Shown one piece after another: positions 1-14,164 of a stretch of DNA of 64,000 nucleotides (its first letter is position 1; the number at the start of each line of letters is the position of its first letter). Under the pieces are notes generated by a model, which saw only the letters and a list, made by a program, of their open reading frames with translations, had not been told where the DNA came from and did no database searches. Source of the stretch: Lama glama (taxonomy: Eukaryota). The position numbers and the translations under genes are program-made. The DNA is taken from positions 5,706,001-5,770,000 of the forward strand of contig CM052818.1 in assembly GCA_028534125.1 (NCBI GenBank), written 5' to 3'.

Positions 1-1219
1 AAGAAAACAACTCAACAGCATTTAAAATTTCAATGGGCTAATCCACTTTCCATATGCGGAAGGTACTGGAGGAAAAGAAACACACGACTCCATCATTGAT
101 TAAAAACGAAAAGCTTCTAACCTAACTAATGACACAGTTCTCCACCACCTCTCCATGACTGTTTTCCACCTTTAAAACAAACAAAAAAAAAGAGACAGCC
201 TTTCTCTCCATCTCAAAACCCCTTCAGATTAATTTAGCAGGCAATGCCTAGTGCCTGCCTGGAAGAGAATTCATTGATAATTTATGGAAATATCTACTAT
301 AATCCAGCGGAGATGACTTTTTTTTTTTCCAGCTTTGTGCATCAATAGATAATCAAGGCCTTAAAGCAGCCTTAGCTTCCCATTACCTCAGGCAAAAGAA
401 TTCCTGAAAGCGTGCCTTGAGGGCACCTGAATTATATACTCCATTAGGAGAGGAGGGTTTTCTGCATTCCATGTGTAACACTCACCAGAACCTTTCCTGT
501 TTATTTCTGCTGTATGAAAGCAGAAGCATTAGGAACAGAATTTTTTAAGTGAAGACTTATGTAGATACAATGGAGAAACCTTTCAAGCCAGAGCCAGATC
601 ACCCCCTTCAGTCCCTGGCAGTGACCTCTCTCGAATAAAAGGTTTCTATTACATCATTAGCTCAAGCCAAAAACAGCCTTGGCTTAATGCACAGTTTGTT
701 CTTCCTACTGTTTTTAGGCAAATATAGCTACTTTACTCCCATCTGGGAGGGAAATTACACTGCTGGGTTGTAATCTAAGACAAGATTTTCATTGGAAGCA
801 AATGCTTTCAATCCAGTGTAAATACTGGGGCATGTTCAGAAAAGCTTAAAACAATAAACCCTGCTCCTTCCCGACACAAGTTAGGGAAACGGAGAGGATG
901 AGGAAGGAGGGGGCGTAATAAAACAGACTATTCTGAAAGCAAACACTTCCATCGATTTTAATAAATTGTTTAACCTCTTCCACTTTCTAAAACTGAAAAT
1001 GGATCTGAAAGAGTCTCCACCTCAGAGGAAAGTCTCAATGGTCAATTGTCCCTTTCACGTTCCCATCCACGCTGCAATTTGATACAGTCACCTCTCTGTG
1101 GTCTCTGGAGGATTTATTTCCTTGCCTTTTTTTTCTTTTTTTATTTTTTTTTTTATTTTTAAGATCACTAAACAAACTTGGAGGACCGCCGGCTGACCAC
1201 ACGGCAGCGGGCAGCAGCT

Positions 1220-1640
1220 CCGAACCACATTTGTAAAATGTCAGCGGTGACTTCATTCCCGGAGCTGACTTCTCCCGCCGCCAAATGAAGGCAAACTGAA
1301 AAGGTGGAAATAATCATAAAAATGATGCTAGTCCATAAACAAGCTTACAGCCTCATTAGGATAGCAGTAGGCTCCAGTGGGTGATTTATGCTCGGTTTGC
1401 TGATGCTATGAGGAAATGCCATAGGGCGACTTTAGCCAATTGCTAATGGTTTCTGACAGCTTCTTAGCAACTAGTGCAAGCAACGTTGTGGCGTTTGCTA
1501 GTGACAGAAACCGAAAATGTCATATTATCTGCCCATGTGTCATGAAGTCCGTGTGGCAATTAACTAGCAGGCCAGTGACTGAGGGGCCAGAGGCTCCTGA
1601 AAATGGCCTTTGGCTATGCAGAGGCAGCCAATTCTAATGC
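1220..1640. promoter_or_regulatory. Candidate enhancer with TALE/HOX motifs
   Basis: TGATTTATG (PBX-HOX) 1382-1390; TGACAG at 1454-1459 and 1502-1507; non-repeat sequence with retained CpGs. Confidence 0.4.
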
Positions 1641-3489
1641 AGAAAGCCACCTCCCTGCGACTTGCCTGGCTCTGATGAGACTGGGCCACTCAAATCCCCC
1701 CTCGGCCCCTCACTGAAGTGCAACTCCAGGCCCCCCCTCTCTCTGGGCCCGGGCTCTGGTGCCATCAGAAGACACTAAAGTGATCTGCTTTGATACGATC
1801 ATCCGATTGGCTCCTTAATTGGCCATACCTGGCCCTGTGCTTTCCGGATGCTGGATGCTGGATTCCAAGGTGCCAGCTCTTCTGCTGCACTCTCCCAAAT
1901 TAGTCTAAAAGGATTTGAGATCACTGAAGCCGACTCCTGGCCTGGGAGGCCAGACGGCTGGGAGGAGAGGCGCTCTGGGCGGCCCCCCAAACCCTGGTGA
2001 AAAAACACCAGGCTTCTAACAAGCAGGGGGAGAATCCTGGCCACACTTTGCAGGTTTCGAGCTCTCAAAACCATGCACTATATGTCAAACTGTCAAACCT
2101 TTCAGCGTGGGCCATTGGCCCTTTCAAATAATATTTAAGAATTGTTTTTACAAAATTTTATAGGCCATGGTCGAGTGAAAGAGGCCAACCGACAAAGAAA
2201 GGAATTTGTACTACAATTCGTCTACAGACAATTTCTTGTGAGACCTGGGCCCGTCCCAGCGGAGCAAGGCAGGTGACCTGTGACAGCTCCCAGGCTGTCA
2301 GAGAGCTCAGATTTCAAACACGCTCAACTCAAACATCCCTGGTCGCCTATTTAAGCATGCCCAGGCATTTAGACGGCGCTATCTCGTGCCTTTCAAGGCA
2401 GGATAAAGCCGCATTTATCGTATTCAGGCCATTCAACGGGTCAGACTGACCGTGTCAGCAAGGGCTCCTTCCTGGCAGGTCAAAGCCCTTCTCCCATTTT
2501 TCTCTCCCTCCTAACTCCCTCTTTCCCCCCACCCCAGGACTGCCAGCCCCCAAAACCTATTCAGAGGGAGACAAACACAAAACCCCTCAAAGTGCCTAAG
2601 ATTTACATCTCAAGGGATGGGCACTTCACGTGTTAGTGTCAGGGGGCCAGCAGGTAGAAAGAAAACAGAGTGTCTTCCAGAGAGTTCTTTATGTCATAGA
2701 GGCAAAACTCCTAATTAGGGAGATGAACTTTCAACTGCCAGGGCAAATGAATGTGTAAGCCGTCCCTCGACCCCCAACCACTCCCCACCATCCTCCATTC
2801 CCCTCCACCAACCCCCCCACCCCCACCCCTCCCTCCGCTTCAGGACCATTTCGTTGACAGTTTTGTAGGGAGACTCCATGGTTTCGGGGCATGGTCTTTT
2901 CTTAACCTTTACTTTTCTCCCCTTTGAGTGTTTAGAAATAGAGCCTTTGTCCCCAAGAGTTACCTGGACTCAAAAATCCAGGCCAGTTATCACTGTATCT
3001 TTCGATTCTGAGTAAGTTCTATTGTGCCTTGAAAGTTGTCTAAACGGTCAGCTCAAAGCCCTCTTAGGCTTGTAGAGGTCAGGTTGGGAAGCGGCTAAAT
3101 TTGCATCCAACCTTAAGGGATCTCTGCTTTTCTCTTGTCTATTTCCTCCCCGAGCACATTCCCATCAGAGAATATGGCACTTCACCCCTTAAGGAGTGTG
3201 TAGAGCATTCCTGCCTTTCCAGGGGCTGCTGGTGCAAACATCCCATCAGTGTGGAGAGGTCAGGTTTCCTTTGTAGTCGAGCTATCTGGGCGCGCCAGGT
3301 TGCTAGGAAAAATGGAAAAACTGCCCCAAACCCACTTCTCCAGACCCTGGCTGTGTCTGCTTAGCCAGAAGTCAGAGCGGATAATGTTTCTGTGTTATGT
3401 TAAGAGGATACATGGTGAGAGCTATAGACAAGCCTTTCTCAGGAACCGGCCAGAAAACTTCAGAGGTTTTAAGGAAGTGTTTTGTCTTC

Positions 3490-4125
3490 ATTTAGAATGC
3501 GTTAGAGCTGCCAGGATGATTTTTCAAAGACACATATCTGATCATATAACCCTGGCACTTAGAATCCATCCGTGGCTACCTTTTGCCTTCAAGAAAAAGG
3601 TCACACACTTTGTAGCCTGGCAAAGAAGGCCTTTCATGGTCTCTCTCCAGGGCTGTGTTTCCAGCCTGTCTGCTGTCTGTCCCCATGGGCACCGTGTTCA
3701 CAGCGCCACCCGTCCTGACCCCCCTGACCTTCTCAGGGTCTTACTGCACACACGGCTCTCATAGCCCTTTGTGTCCCCCTGTGCTGGTCCCTTTCCCTGT
3801 AGCATCCTTCCTGACAAACTCCTTGGTGACCTTTGAGGTTCAGCTCAACGCCATCTCCTGTAAGGAGCATTTGCTGGACTCTAGTAATCTTCAGTAATCC
3901 TCCTCCCCAGTCCTGTGTGACTTCCCCCCCACCCCGATATTCCTCCTCCTAGACACACGTCATATGCTGCTAGGATTGTTGATTTCTGTAGGTGCCCCCT
4001 CGACTTGATTACAGACTACAAGAAAGCAGGGATCTGGTCACACTTCTCGCTGACTCTCCAGCCCCAAGGTTACCCCAGTGTCCAGGGTATAAACTTATCA
4101 ATTGCTTATTAAATGAATGAGTAAA
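3490..4125 (+). mobile_element. Degraded L2 LINE 3' region
   Basis: L2-typical motifs (tctgatcat..aaccct, tcagctcaacgccatctcct) ending in ttaaatgaatgagtaaatg. Confidence 0.6.
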
Positions 4126-5654
4126 TGCATTTTTTTTTCACTGCCTGGAGAAAACCAGAGTTTCAATGTCCAGCTTTTATAATTCTTTTTGATATCTACC
4201 TGAATTAAACTCGAAAAACCATTCACCAGTGACATTCAATGAAATATAAGAAAACATAAAAGAATGTGTTTTCCAAAGCTGGGAAGTTTCCATGAACTCT
4301 TTAAGCTCATCGTAGACAAAAGACGGACTGAGTTAAAGTATCAGAGTTCTTTACAACGGTTACCATAGCCCTTTAGAAATACACCCCTACTTCCTGCAGT
4401 TATCATTGAAAACTATTTACCTATATAACTATAATTTCTTGCTGTTTCTGCATTTGCCCTGAGTTCAACTTTAAAAAAATAAAGGAAAGGTTATTTGTTT
4501 CCTTCTGCATTTTTCCCCCGAGGAATTCATTTTAACTACCCCTCCTTGACATATCACCCAGTTTTACCATAGCAGAGAATCTAAGCAGACAATTTGACCC
4601 TGAGCTCAGACTCCAGACTCGCACCTGAGAGACACGGTGCAAACACAAGTCTAGAACTGTGGCTTCTCCTTGGTTTTGCCAAGTCACATGTCAGTCTTTC
4701 CCACAGCATCCCTCCACACCTGCCTCAGCAATTCTTTAGCAACAGGTTATCCAAGGACCTTAATACCTGATACTGTTACAGACTGCATGCCATAGGCTCC
4801 TGGGAGACATTAGAAAGGGTTTTGCAAGATAAATGAAGACATGATGCACCCTCTTAAGCCTAATGACACATTTTCAAGAGAAATAAAGTAGGCATCATGT
4901 ATCTCCAAATCTGCAGCCAATAGACATCTGTACTCGTCTAAATCCAATGGTCAACTTCTAAGTTTAACTCCAATTAGGGTTCTGTTAACTCAGCCTCCCT
5001 TTTGTATCTCTTCCTCTCCTTAGGTGTTTACGGTTTCCTTGTTAGTTCAACGTGATTCTCAGTTGATCACAGGAAAATAACAAAGGAGAGCATATTCTCA
5101 TCTATTTTATTTTACCACCCACGGCTTTCCTGAAAATTTTGAGGTAGTTCCTTTGGAAACCAAGATAAGGTGTTGGTACCAGTCCTGGCAGTGTGGGGTC
5201 CTAGGAAGAGCTTCACACACGCGCAGTGGGATAGAAATAGCAGTGTCACTGATCGAAAAGATGGAGGCGAGACCAGCAGGGGAGAAAAGTGAGAAGAAGC
5301 AAACTTTAAATAAACACATTATTGGCGCTTCTAAAAGGAGATGTCTGGCTATGCTTCCTGAGGTTGGCTTCCCAGGGAGTGGCTGTGAGGCTTTCCGTTC
5401 CTAGTTGAATTTAGATTTCTTAAATGGTGACGAATATTTGTTAATAATTAACCACTGAGGAGTGAGCTCACAGCCTCACTCTGCCCTTTAGTGGACGCCT
5501 GACATCACAGAAACCCGAGGGAGGAGCTGGAGAGGCAGAGCCTGGAGGCAGGAGCGCTCTCCAGGAACCTGCTGCCCCCTTTTCTAGAGAGTCAATGCAG
5601 CATTCAAAAGCGCGCTCTGTACGTGCCACTATCTTATGCATAAACTGGGCCTCC

Positions 5655-6170
5655 CATCATTCATTGACTGGTCTAACAAAAATGGACTGAACTTCTACTG
5701 GGTCCCAAACACTAAAGCCAGCCCTGAGAGACACAAGTGGTGAACAAAACCAGACAGAGTCCCTGTTTCTATGCGCTTTCCAGCTGGACAGTGCAGAAGT
5801 TAAACAGAACGGTCACAGCAATAAGGGTGCGATTTCACTCCATCAGAAAGAAACATAAATCTATGAGTGTGTGCAACAAAGGAAACTGCCTTGGATGGGA
5901 GTGACCTGGAGCAGAAAGCTGCAGGGTGGAGAAAAGTCAGCTAGGTATAGTGGACAGCCTCAAAGGGCAGAGGGCGGAGAAAGCACTGCAGGCCGTGGGA
6001 ATCGCATGTGCAAAGGCCCCATGTGTGTCCTGAGGAAGCACGAAACAAGCAGAGAACTGGAACCTGGGAAAGCAGGACCAGATGGGGCTGGAGAGATAAG
6101 AGGAGCAAGACCACACAGGGCCTGTGGGCCGCGGTTAGGACTCGGGCGTCATCCCTCAGGTCCTAAGGGC
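5655..6170 (-). mobile_element. Degraded L2 fragment
   Basis: Begins cattcattga...aacaaaa and contains gaacaaaaccagacagagtccctg and gcatgtgcaaaggccc, typical of reversed L2. Confidence 0.55.
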
Positions 6171-7020
6171 TGTGACCCATGTGAGTATTTCTGCAGTGTC
6201 ATCGGTGTCCTCTCCATTGTGTGCCCTAATGTTAGGTACATTTTACCAGATGAGGCTCATCCTCCAAGGTCTCTTTCTAGCTCAACTTATCAAATTCCTA
6301 GATTCCAAACTAAGACTGGAGAATGAGGGACCAGGGAAAAGCAATGAGTCTATTCAGGCAACCCCAGTGTGAGCACCGATTACATCCTGAAGTTAATCTG
6401 TAAGCAGGTCTCTTGGACATTAGGACATATTTTCACACAGAAGCAAGTTACGAATGGTGATGGTTCCCAAGGCTTGTTCATCAAAAGCCAAAGTAATTCA
6501 TTAAGGGAATGAAGTTCTACCTGCCATGTGAGCCCTGGGCGCAGGAAGTCAGCAAGTGCAAGAACAAGGAGGAAGGTGAGTTCCTTCTCGTATTTCTGCA
6601 CAGTCAGCCTAGGAGGATGTGCAAATATGTGCGACTGCCTTCAGTGCCTCTTTTTCTGTATCTCTCCCCCACTGTGTAGCATCCCTGTCCTGGAGTTTCC
6701 AAGTATCCCAACGCCTTGTGGGGGCACTCGGCCTCCCCACTGTGGTCATATTGTCACGTCACTAGACCGAGTCTTCCTGCCATGAAGTCACGCTCATCAT
6801 CTCCCACCAATCACAACACCCAGACTGTCAGTGTCGGTAATCTGAGCCAGATTTTGGGTAGAAAGCCACCTGAAAGAACGAATTCCTTCCAGGAATGAGT
6901 AACTGATGCCTCCCTCAACTTCCCGGAAGTGTGGGCATTTTTTAAAGAAGATTCGTTCATATAAATGAATCTTTAAATGGCAGAATTTCAGGAAGAGAAA
7001 GAAGTTTAAAAAGCCTATGG

Positions 7021-7148
7021 AGAGGTGCGGATATAGCTCAGCGGTAGAGCTCATGCTTAGCAGGCACGAGGTCCTGGGTTCAATTCCCAGCACCTCCATT
7101 AAAAATAAATAAATAAACCTAAGTACCTCCCCCTCAAAAGCAAATTAA
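7021..7148 (+). mobile_element. tRNA-derived SINE (camelid-type)
   Basis: tRNA-like head with A box (tagctcagcggtagag) and B box (ggttcaattcc), A-rich tail, and 14-bp TSD taaaaagc(c/t)tatgg at 7007-7020 and 7149-7162. Confidence 0.9.
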
Positions 7149-8788
7149 TAAAAAGCTTATGGCTTGTATATTTTCAATCAACGGATGTCACTCTTTCAAA
7201 AAAGCCCGTGTCAGTTTTCTAACTGATGGTGACATCTGCTACCCCCAACCCCCAACCCCCAACCCCAAGGCCCTGCCTCTATGTGGGAAGCCACGTGCTT
7301 CTGAACATGCGGTTTCTCACAGACACTGGGAGGATAGGACGTGGGTCCCGTGGATATAAACATGGAGAACAGGAGTCAGAGATCCAGGTTAGACGTGTGT
7401 GAGTGGGTGTGTGTGTGGGTTGTCCATACTTCGGGTGTTTATAGCGTAGGGGTTGGCCAGCCTGTTGAAATGCATTTGGAATAACTTCTTTCCCATAAAT
7501 GACACATTCTTTTAAGCTTCCATCATGACCTGACTCTTCATTAATGCAGAAAATGTAACTGGGTGAAAACTATATGGAAAGAAATCCACAAAATAATGGA
7601 GATCCAGAATGAAAACACTTGCAGGATTTTTACGGAATATAAAAAAAAATTGTTCAAATTTGAATGTATAGTGGATGGGATTAAAGGAAGAAATGACTTT
7701 CTAAATTCACGGAGAGTAAGAATTGTCAGTCAGGGTCTAACAATATTCATATTTATAGCTCACCTCAGATTCAGTTTATGTAAATGTTTGTACAGGTAGA
7801 GGACTGTGGACAGATACAAGGTACACCAAAAAGTTGATACATTTTCCAAGTTTTGTTTTTTCCTTAAATCACTGTACTTTGTTCTTTTGAGATAGGAATA
7901 CCTTTTTCTAGTAATTCTGTCTGACTTTTGGACTTGACTTCTCCTCAGGGGCACAACAGCAAACTAGTTACCTCATACAGGGAACAAACATCAGTGGTGA
8001 ATAGGAAAGAAGAAAAAATCCCACAGATTTTACTTATTTTTCCATCTATGCAGCATTTTTTTTTTTTACAACTAAACACCATGGAAAATCCCTGCAAAAA
8101 CAGCATAACTTCTGAATGAAGTCTTAGAAACTTCAGGATGTGAGTGCACTATAAAATATTACTGAAATCTATGTATTTATACTAACAATAAAACAAGATG
8201 GGAATCCCCGACCTTTTTCGAAGAAACGAAAAGAGAATACACTTCAGTCGCAGAGGGAACACAACGTAAAGTCATAAACTTTTGTTTTGAATTAACATCT
8301 CAGAAAGCATTTTAGAACCTAGTATTTTGCCTATTTTTAAATATTTTAGTAATGTATGACAAGTTCACTGCTTGAAATAGTCTTCCCAAAGTATATGAAA
8401 CAGATACCAATGGTCACAAAGTCCTATAGAACCATGAAAGCAAATGTTCTGCCAGTAAAAAAAAAAAATAAAAAAGAAAGAAAACACAAAACAAAAAACA
8501 ACCGAACACCACACTTGGGATCTTACAGAGAAGCAGACACACACACACCCCATTCATTTTTCTGATACCTTCAAAAGCTTGCTGTAAAATTTACTGTTAA
8601 ACTTCCATCTACTCTGCATGTGTGCATATATATTACAGACGTACACAAGTGTGAATATACACACACTTTTACACGGACAGGATAACATTTCTTTATCAAA
8701 GAGGTCGCCTTTTCAACAAACCCAATTATATCGGATACACTTGAAAAGCAGGATTTTTTTTTTAAGTGTCTGACTTGAACATTAGAAG

Positions 8789-8964
8789 CAGTGGTTCTCC
8801 ATTTCAGCTACACGAGGAATCACGTGGTTGCTTTTACAAATGCTGATGACTTACGCTGTGCTGGAGACCAATTAAACCAGCATTTTGGAGGATGAGATCC
8901 CAGCATTAGTGATTTTTAAAGCTCCAAGATGATTAAACTGTACAGCCAAGTTTGAGAACCACTG
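8789..8964. mobile_element. hAT/Charlie MITE (MER5-like)
   Basis: Terminal inverted repeats cagtggttctc (8789-8799) and gagaaccactg (8954-8964); ~176 bp. Confidence 0.8.
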
Positions 8965-10236
8965 GATTCAAATCACAGATGAAGTGTGGTAAAGCTCATA
9001 GACCTTCCACCGAGAAATGACCACAAGCCCCTTAATCAGAGAATTGTTATGTTTATTTTAGATGCAGTTTTCAGAAGTTTACTCATCTGGTTTCCTGCCT
9101 TATAGTTTGTAGGCTGAGAACTTTGTAAAAATAGAGGACGACCAAGAGACCAAAAAAAAAAAAAAAAAAGAAGAACCTAAGAAGCACATACCAGGGTCCT
9201 TTCATAGAGGACCGACAAATGCTAAAGAGGCTGTCCAAACAAGAAAAGATACGGCGTAGAGCCGTAACTCATGTATCTACTGACTTTCAATGGTCTTTTT
9301 TGAAGTTTATTAAATAATCAGATATGATAGAGTGTATGTGTGGTCTGGAGCCACTTTCATTTAAAATGCCCCTAAATTTTTAAAAGTAGGATTCTGTTCC
9401 GCTGGACCACATCACTCTTGAATGACTCCAGATAAACCAGGATAATGTGACTATAGTCTGGAGGAACTCTTTCCCCCTGTCTGTCCTCACACTGCCGGTC
9501 TGTGTGGTTGGATGAACAGAGCCTTGGCAACGAGCACTATGCGGTGGTGAAACTTGGGGCACCATCCCGTCCTGACTCTCCCTGGCTTCCTGAGTATCTT
9601 CTCTCCAGGAACTCAGGGGCACTGTCGTCTTCATCCCTTCCTGGTGCCCTTTTATTCTGCTCTCAGTCTGTAAGACAAGGTCATGGTCTGCACCAGAAGG
9701 GCGCCAGGGCGGCTGGAGGTGGAGCACCGTGGATAAGAGGGGGGACCTACCTCCCGGGAAGTTGAAGCGAGAGGAAATGCCTTGGGTCAGGGCGGAAAAA
9801 AGAGATGGTATTCCATCCGCACGGACGGATTTCTTTGCACGCAAAGTCAAATGAAACTAGGTTGTGAAATGTAGATTAGGAAGTCTTTGGGGAGAATGAA
9901 GAGATAGTAAGTATAGTTGGAAGGAAAATGGGCAAGAAAGACGTTGGAATAAAAAAATATAATAAAGGCTTGTTAGTTTCTTATTTTCAAGCCATCGAAA
10001 AATCCAACAGTTTCTGAAAGAAAAGCTTTGGGAATTATGGGCTTGTGTCTGCTGTTACTACACTGAACTTTCTCTCCCTCAATCATCCAAGGCGCCAGCT
10101 CTTTTGCAGACGTGTGGTGCCCGCACACCAGTCACTCAGTTAATTAGGGACAGGTGCCTGCTGTCTGAAATAGGCATACTCGGCAAGGTGGTGACTTGAC
10201 TTGGGTGCGCATAGTATAAAGATAAAACTTTTCAGA

Positions 10237-10400
10237 GCAGTGCTGCCCCCACTTAAATGTGTATTCCATAAAACACCAGGGATCTTGCTAAAAGTTTTGG
10301 ATTCAGTAGGGAAGGAGTCTGAGATTCTGCATTTCCAGTAAGCTCAAAGCATCCCATCCAAGGCGCTGCAGAGGCCGTGCTGAGGGCCCAAAGACCACAA
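10237..10400. mobile_element. MER5-like hAT fragment
   Basis: caccagggatcttgctaaaa...gattcagtagg...ctgagattctgcatttc is a MER5 hallmark. Confidence 0.6.
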
Positions 10401-10774
10401 GGTTCATCTCAGCAAGGCTCTGGGGCATCTCCCGCCATGGGCACAAAAAGCCAGCAAGCGTGTTGGGTGCACGCGGATGCCTGGCTATATAGCAAGATAG
10501 GGACAGCCTCCCATCCTGCCACACAATGAAGTGCACCTGTGCCTGCTGGGCACGGCTGAGGGCGAGGCTGTTTGGGTCCTCATTTGACCCTGCAACCTCA
10601 CTGACGTCTCTCAGACTAACTAGAGTTATCAGAGCAAGCCTGGATGTCTCCCACGGGCGACTCCTCCTCCTGTGCATGCTCCAGCCCTCCCTCCTCCTTT
10701 GTCTCCTCCGCACGTGCTGCACCCTACTCCCCGCCTCCACACTAGAGGCGTGTTAAGAAAACAGCTCAGTCCCT

Positions 10775-10998
10775 GGCACTGGGTTGCCTAGGTTTGTGTA
10801 CATCCCACTATCTTCCCCACTGGTGGCTGTGTGGCCCTGGGCAAGTTATTTAACCTCTCTCAGCCCTTGGAGGGGAAAAGAATGAGCCTAGTAATAGTAT
10901 TTACACATTAGAGTTATTGGGCAGATTTAGTAAATTAAGATGCATAAAATGTTTGCCACCCCACCTGGCAGCGGTGGCTCAGCTCGGTGAATGCTAGC
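10775..10998 (+). mobile_element. MIR SINE
   Basis: MIR core gctgtgtggccctgggcaagttatttaacctctctcagcc and a MIR-like 3' part. Confidence 0.7.
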
Positions 10999-13738
10999 TC
11001 CTGTAAAGGCTTTTGAGGACGTTCTGTGAGCAAGGGGACATGCGTCCTGAAGTCCTCACCCAAAGCAGGCAGATACTCACTGCCACTTCTGTCATGCCTC
11101 CTCACCGCCCCCCACATCCCATTCTCATTCCTAGGAGCCAAACTTTTCCAAAACATATACACCCACCCTCCCAGCACTGCATATTAGTTTCCTATTTTTC
11201 TTTTCTTCTATTTCCCCAGAAAACCCTGGAGGGATGTGGAACTTTGTAAGTGGGCTTCAGAGTGAAAAGGTGAAGCAGGGCTGCCTACACGGTCCTGTCC
11301 CATGAAGCTGGTGGCCTATTGCTGGATGGTGATGCGCTGGAAACAGTCTTTATGAACGCAAGGTCTCGCTTCCCACACAAAAGCGGTAAATTCACAATAA
11401 CTTGCCCTCTGCTCCCTAAATAATATTTCCGTGGCAGTTGTTAACAGCAAAGGGCTTTTGTTCTTGATTTACAGACGTGGAGAAAAAGTTCTATCATTTA
11501 AGAAAGTATCCTTAAGGTCTAGGAAGAGCCAGACGCACTAAAGAATAGCAGGGCTAATTTTCAATTATAGTCCATCTCTTGTCTAGATAGTAAGAATAAG
11601 AGTAATGATAAAAACAAATAATTATTGAGCACTTACTAGATACTCGAAACTGTATTTGGCCTTTATTTTCAATTAACGCATCCTCTCGGAAACCTCAGAT
11701 GTTAAAGTTAGATTATCCTGGTTTAAAAAAGAATCAATTTCTCCATATTTCAAAAACGCTTTACTCAGTATGGTCCTTTCAAGGACTATTTTAGTAGCCA
11801 GTAGAAATAACTCGTGTTTACTGACGGACGATTATGGGCCGCACAGGGAACACATGCCATGCGGGCGCTTTTCTGAATGACCTCATGTCATCTTTGCAGC
11901 TGCCCTGACGCACAGATACGGAGACAGGATGCTCTGCAGACAAGGAAATGGCGCTCCTTGTGGATTCAAATCCAGATCTGACTCAAGGCTGAACGCCGAA
12001 CCACTCTAGAGCCAGCCTCTCCATGTAACCCACTCGATCAGATAAGGCGATTGAGGAGCATTTCTTTAACCTCCAGAAAGCTCTTCCAGAGCAGAACAGT
12101 GTCCTTTCTCACGTTGTCCACAGCCGGCACAAAGCCTGACCTATAATACAGGCGTCTCAACGGTTCCAGGATCGTACTCTTTCCACCAAAGTCACAGAAG
12201 CAGGAGACGCCGAGGCAGCAGTCTCCGAGTGCCCCGTGACTGTTCCTTAGTCAAAGCGAATGGGAAAAGGTTACATGGAGAAACCACTCCTGAAGTGGAC
12301 AAGGAAGAAAGCAAATGCCAAGTGCTGATGGATCGGGAGAGAGGACACAAGAAGGGGGGGGGGGTGTCAAAGGAGCCACGCTGCAAAAGAGTGAGGCAAC
12401 TTCACTGGAGGTGCCTCCAAAAATAAAAGAAAATCATATAGAAAAACTTCATGTAAGGGGTAGAAATTGAAGAGCCAAATATCAAAACGCAGAGGGGAGA
12501 ACTGAGCCAGCCAGAGCACCCCCCCCCGAGGCCCCTGCCCTCTCCCGGGGCTTCTGAGCGCTCACCTATGAAATGACCAAAAATCTGGCAATGCCTGGGA
12601 CAGAAAATATGACAAAGCACACATTTCCTAGCATCACACGACGGTTTCCAAGTGTCCCTCCGTATCAGGAGCCTGAAGTTCTATTAGCAGGACAGCTGGG
12701 AGGAAGCTGGAGGTGTCCATGCGTTCTGCTCTCTAAAATCAGGAGTCCACTCCACCAGGCGGCTCAGCCAGAGAGCGGGGGTGGGAAGGAGGTGGAGGGA
12801 CCGCAAGCTCCCGGGAGAGTTGATTTTCTCTCTCCATGTATGTATCAAAGCCAGGAAAGTCCCCCCTCCAAGGGGGATATGGAAACCCAAACCATGCAGC
12901 CCCACAGACACCAGCCTACAGTGGAGGACACCCAAGGGGGAGCCGCGTTCCAGACCTGTAGGGTTTTCAGTGATGGTGTCACCTACACGCTGACCCGAAG
13001 TCTACCCGGGCTTAGGAGGGAGTAGCAGAATCCGTGAGTTAGTCTCAGCTACAGAAGGCAGACATCTCCCCTCCCACGGAGAGAGGGGTGATGTCACAGC
13101 ACCCCGCACCCTCTCTCTCCACCAGCTTGTTTCTTCCTCTTCCGGAGTTCCCGCAGCTGCACCTCTACATAACCCTGCCTGGGACCCAGGCCCCCTCGTC
13201 TTCCGAGACATTCATCCCACAAGACGGAAGAGTCAGAGTGGCCTTGGTCCCTTGACAATCCACTGGACCTAGATTCACAGGAGCAAGGGCCGACCTTTAC
13301 CTTAAATCACCCTACCTACCCCGGCGCCCCACCGGATACGTCCTCCAGTGCGGGCATGCCTCTGGACTCCCTGCTCTGCTCTTGGCCCTCTTCTGGGTCT
13401 GGTCTTGCCCCCGACCGCAAGCTGGCAGGAACCTCTATCCCTCCTCCTCCCCCAGGCCCTGCTGGCCTTCCTTCCCAGGGCGGAACATTGCTCCCAGCTG
13501 GAGGGGATCCTCTCCCTCGAAAACAGACCTCAGAAGGTCAGTTCCAGCCCTGCCTGACTTCTGAGTTGGCCTTTGGCCTGGAATTTCTTGCTGCTGGCCC
13601 CTCCCACCAGACTGGGCATCCTGAAGGGCAGGCCTGAACATGCTACCCGCTTTGGATGCTGTATCTTGGACCACCCAGCTGCCTGCTCGGAGGCCCGCTT
13701 CTCTACCCAGGTTAGATGCTCCAAGTCCTTGTCTTCTT

Positions 13739-13869
13739 CTTTGTTTATTTGTTTGGGGTTTTGGGGGGTTTCATTTGTTTGTTTGTTTTGATGGAGGTAG
13801 TGGGGGTAGAACCCAGGACCTTGTGCATGCTAAGCACACGCTCTACCACTGAGCTCTACCCTCCCCTCC
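13739..13869 (-). mobile_element. tRNA-derived SINE, same family
   Basis: Reverse complement of the same head (agctcagtggtagagcgtgtgcttagcatgcacaaggtcctgggttc); perfect 15-bp TSD agtccttgtcttctt at 13724-13738 and 13870-13884. Confidence 0.9.
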
Positions 13870-14164
13870 AGTCCTTGTCTTCTTAATGATGAGGCTGCTT
13901 CAGCACTGCCCCAGCTCCCCGGGCCGCCCAGTGTCTCTGTGCTGCTGAGAATCTAACCCAGCTCCTAACCCGCAGCATGTCCTGCCTGCCTCTCCCTGGA
14001 CACACCACACTGGGGAACAGCCCCAAATCACATCCATTCAAATCCAGACAGGCTGTGAGAGTGGGATTTCCGTATCAGAGACCAAAAGGGGTGTGGGAAA
14101 CACAGCCTTCCTCTCTGTATCTCATTCACACCCAAGGACTTCTTCCTTCCGGAAAACTCTCTGG

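Noticed and set aside
7021..7100. tRNA-like sequences (also at 13790-13869 and 34961-35040)
   Set aside because: A-rich tails, TSDs and degenerate stems show they are tRNA-derived SINEs, not tRNA genes.
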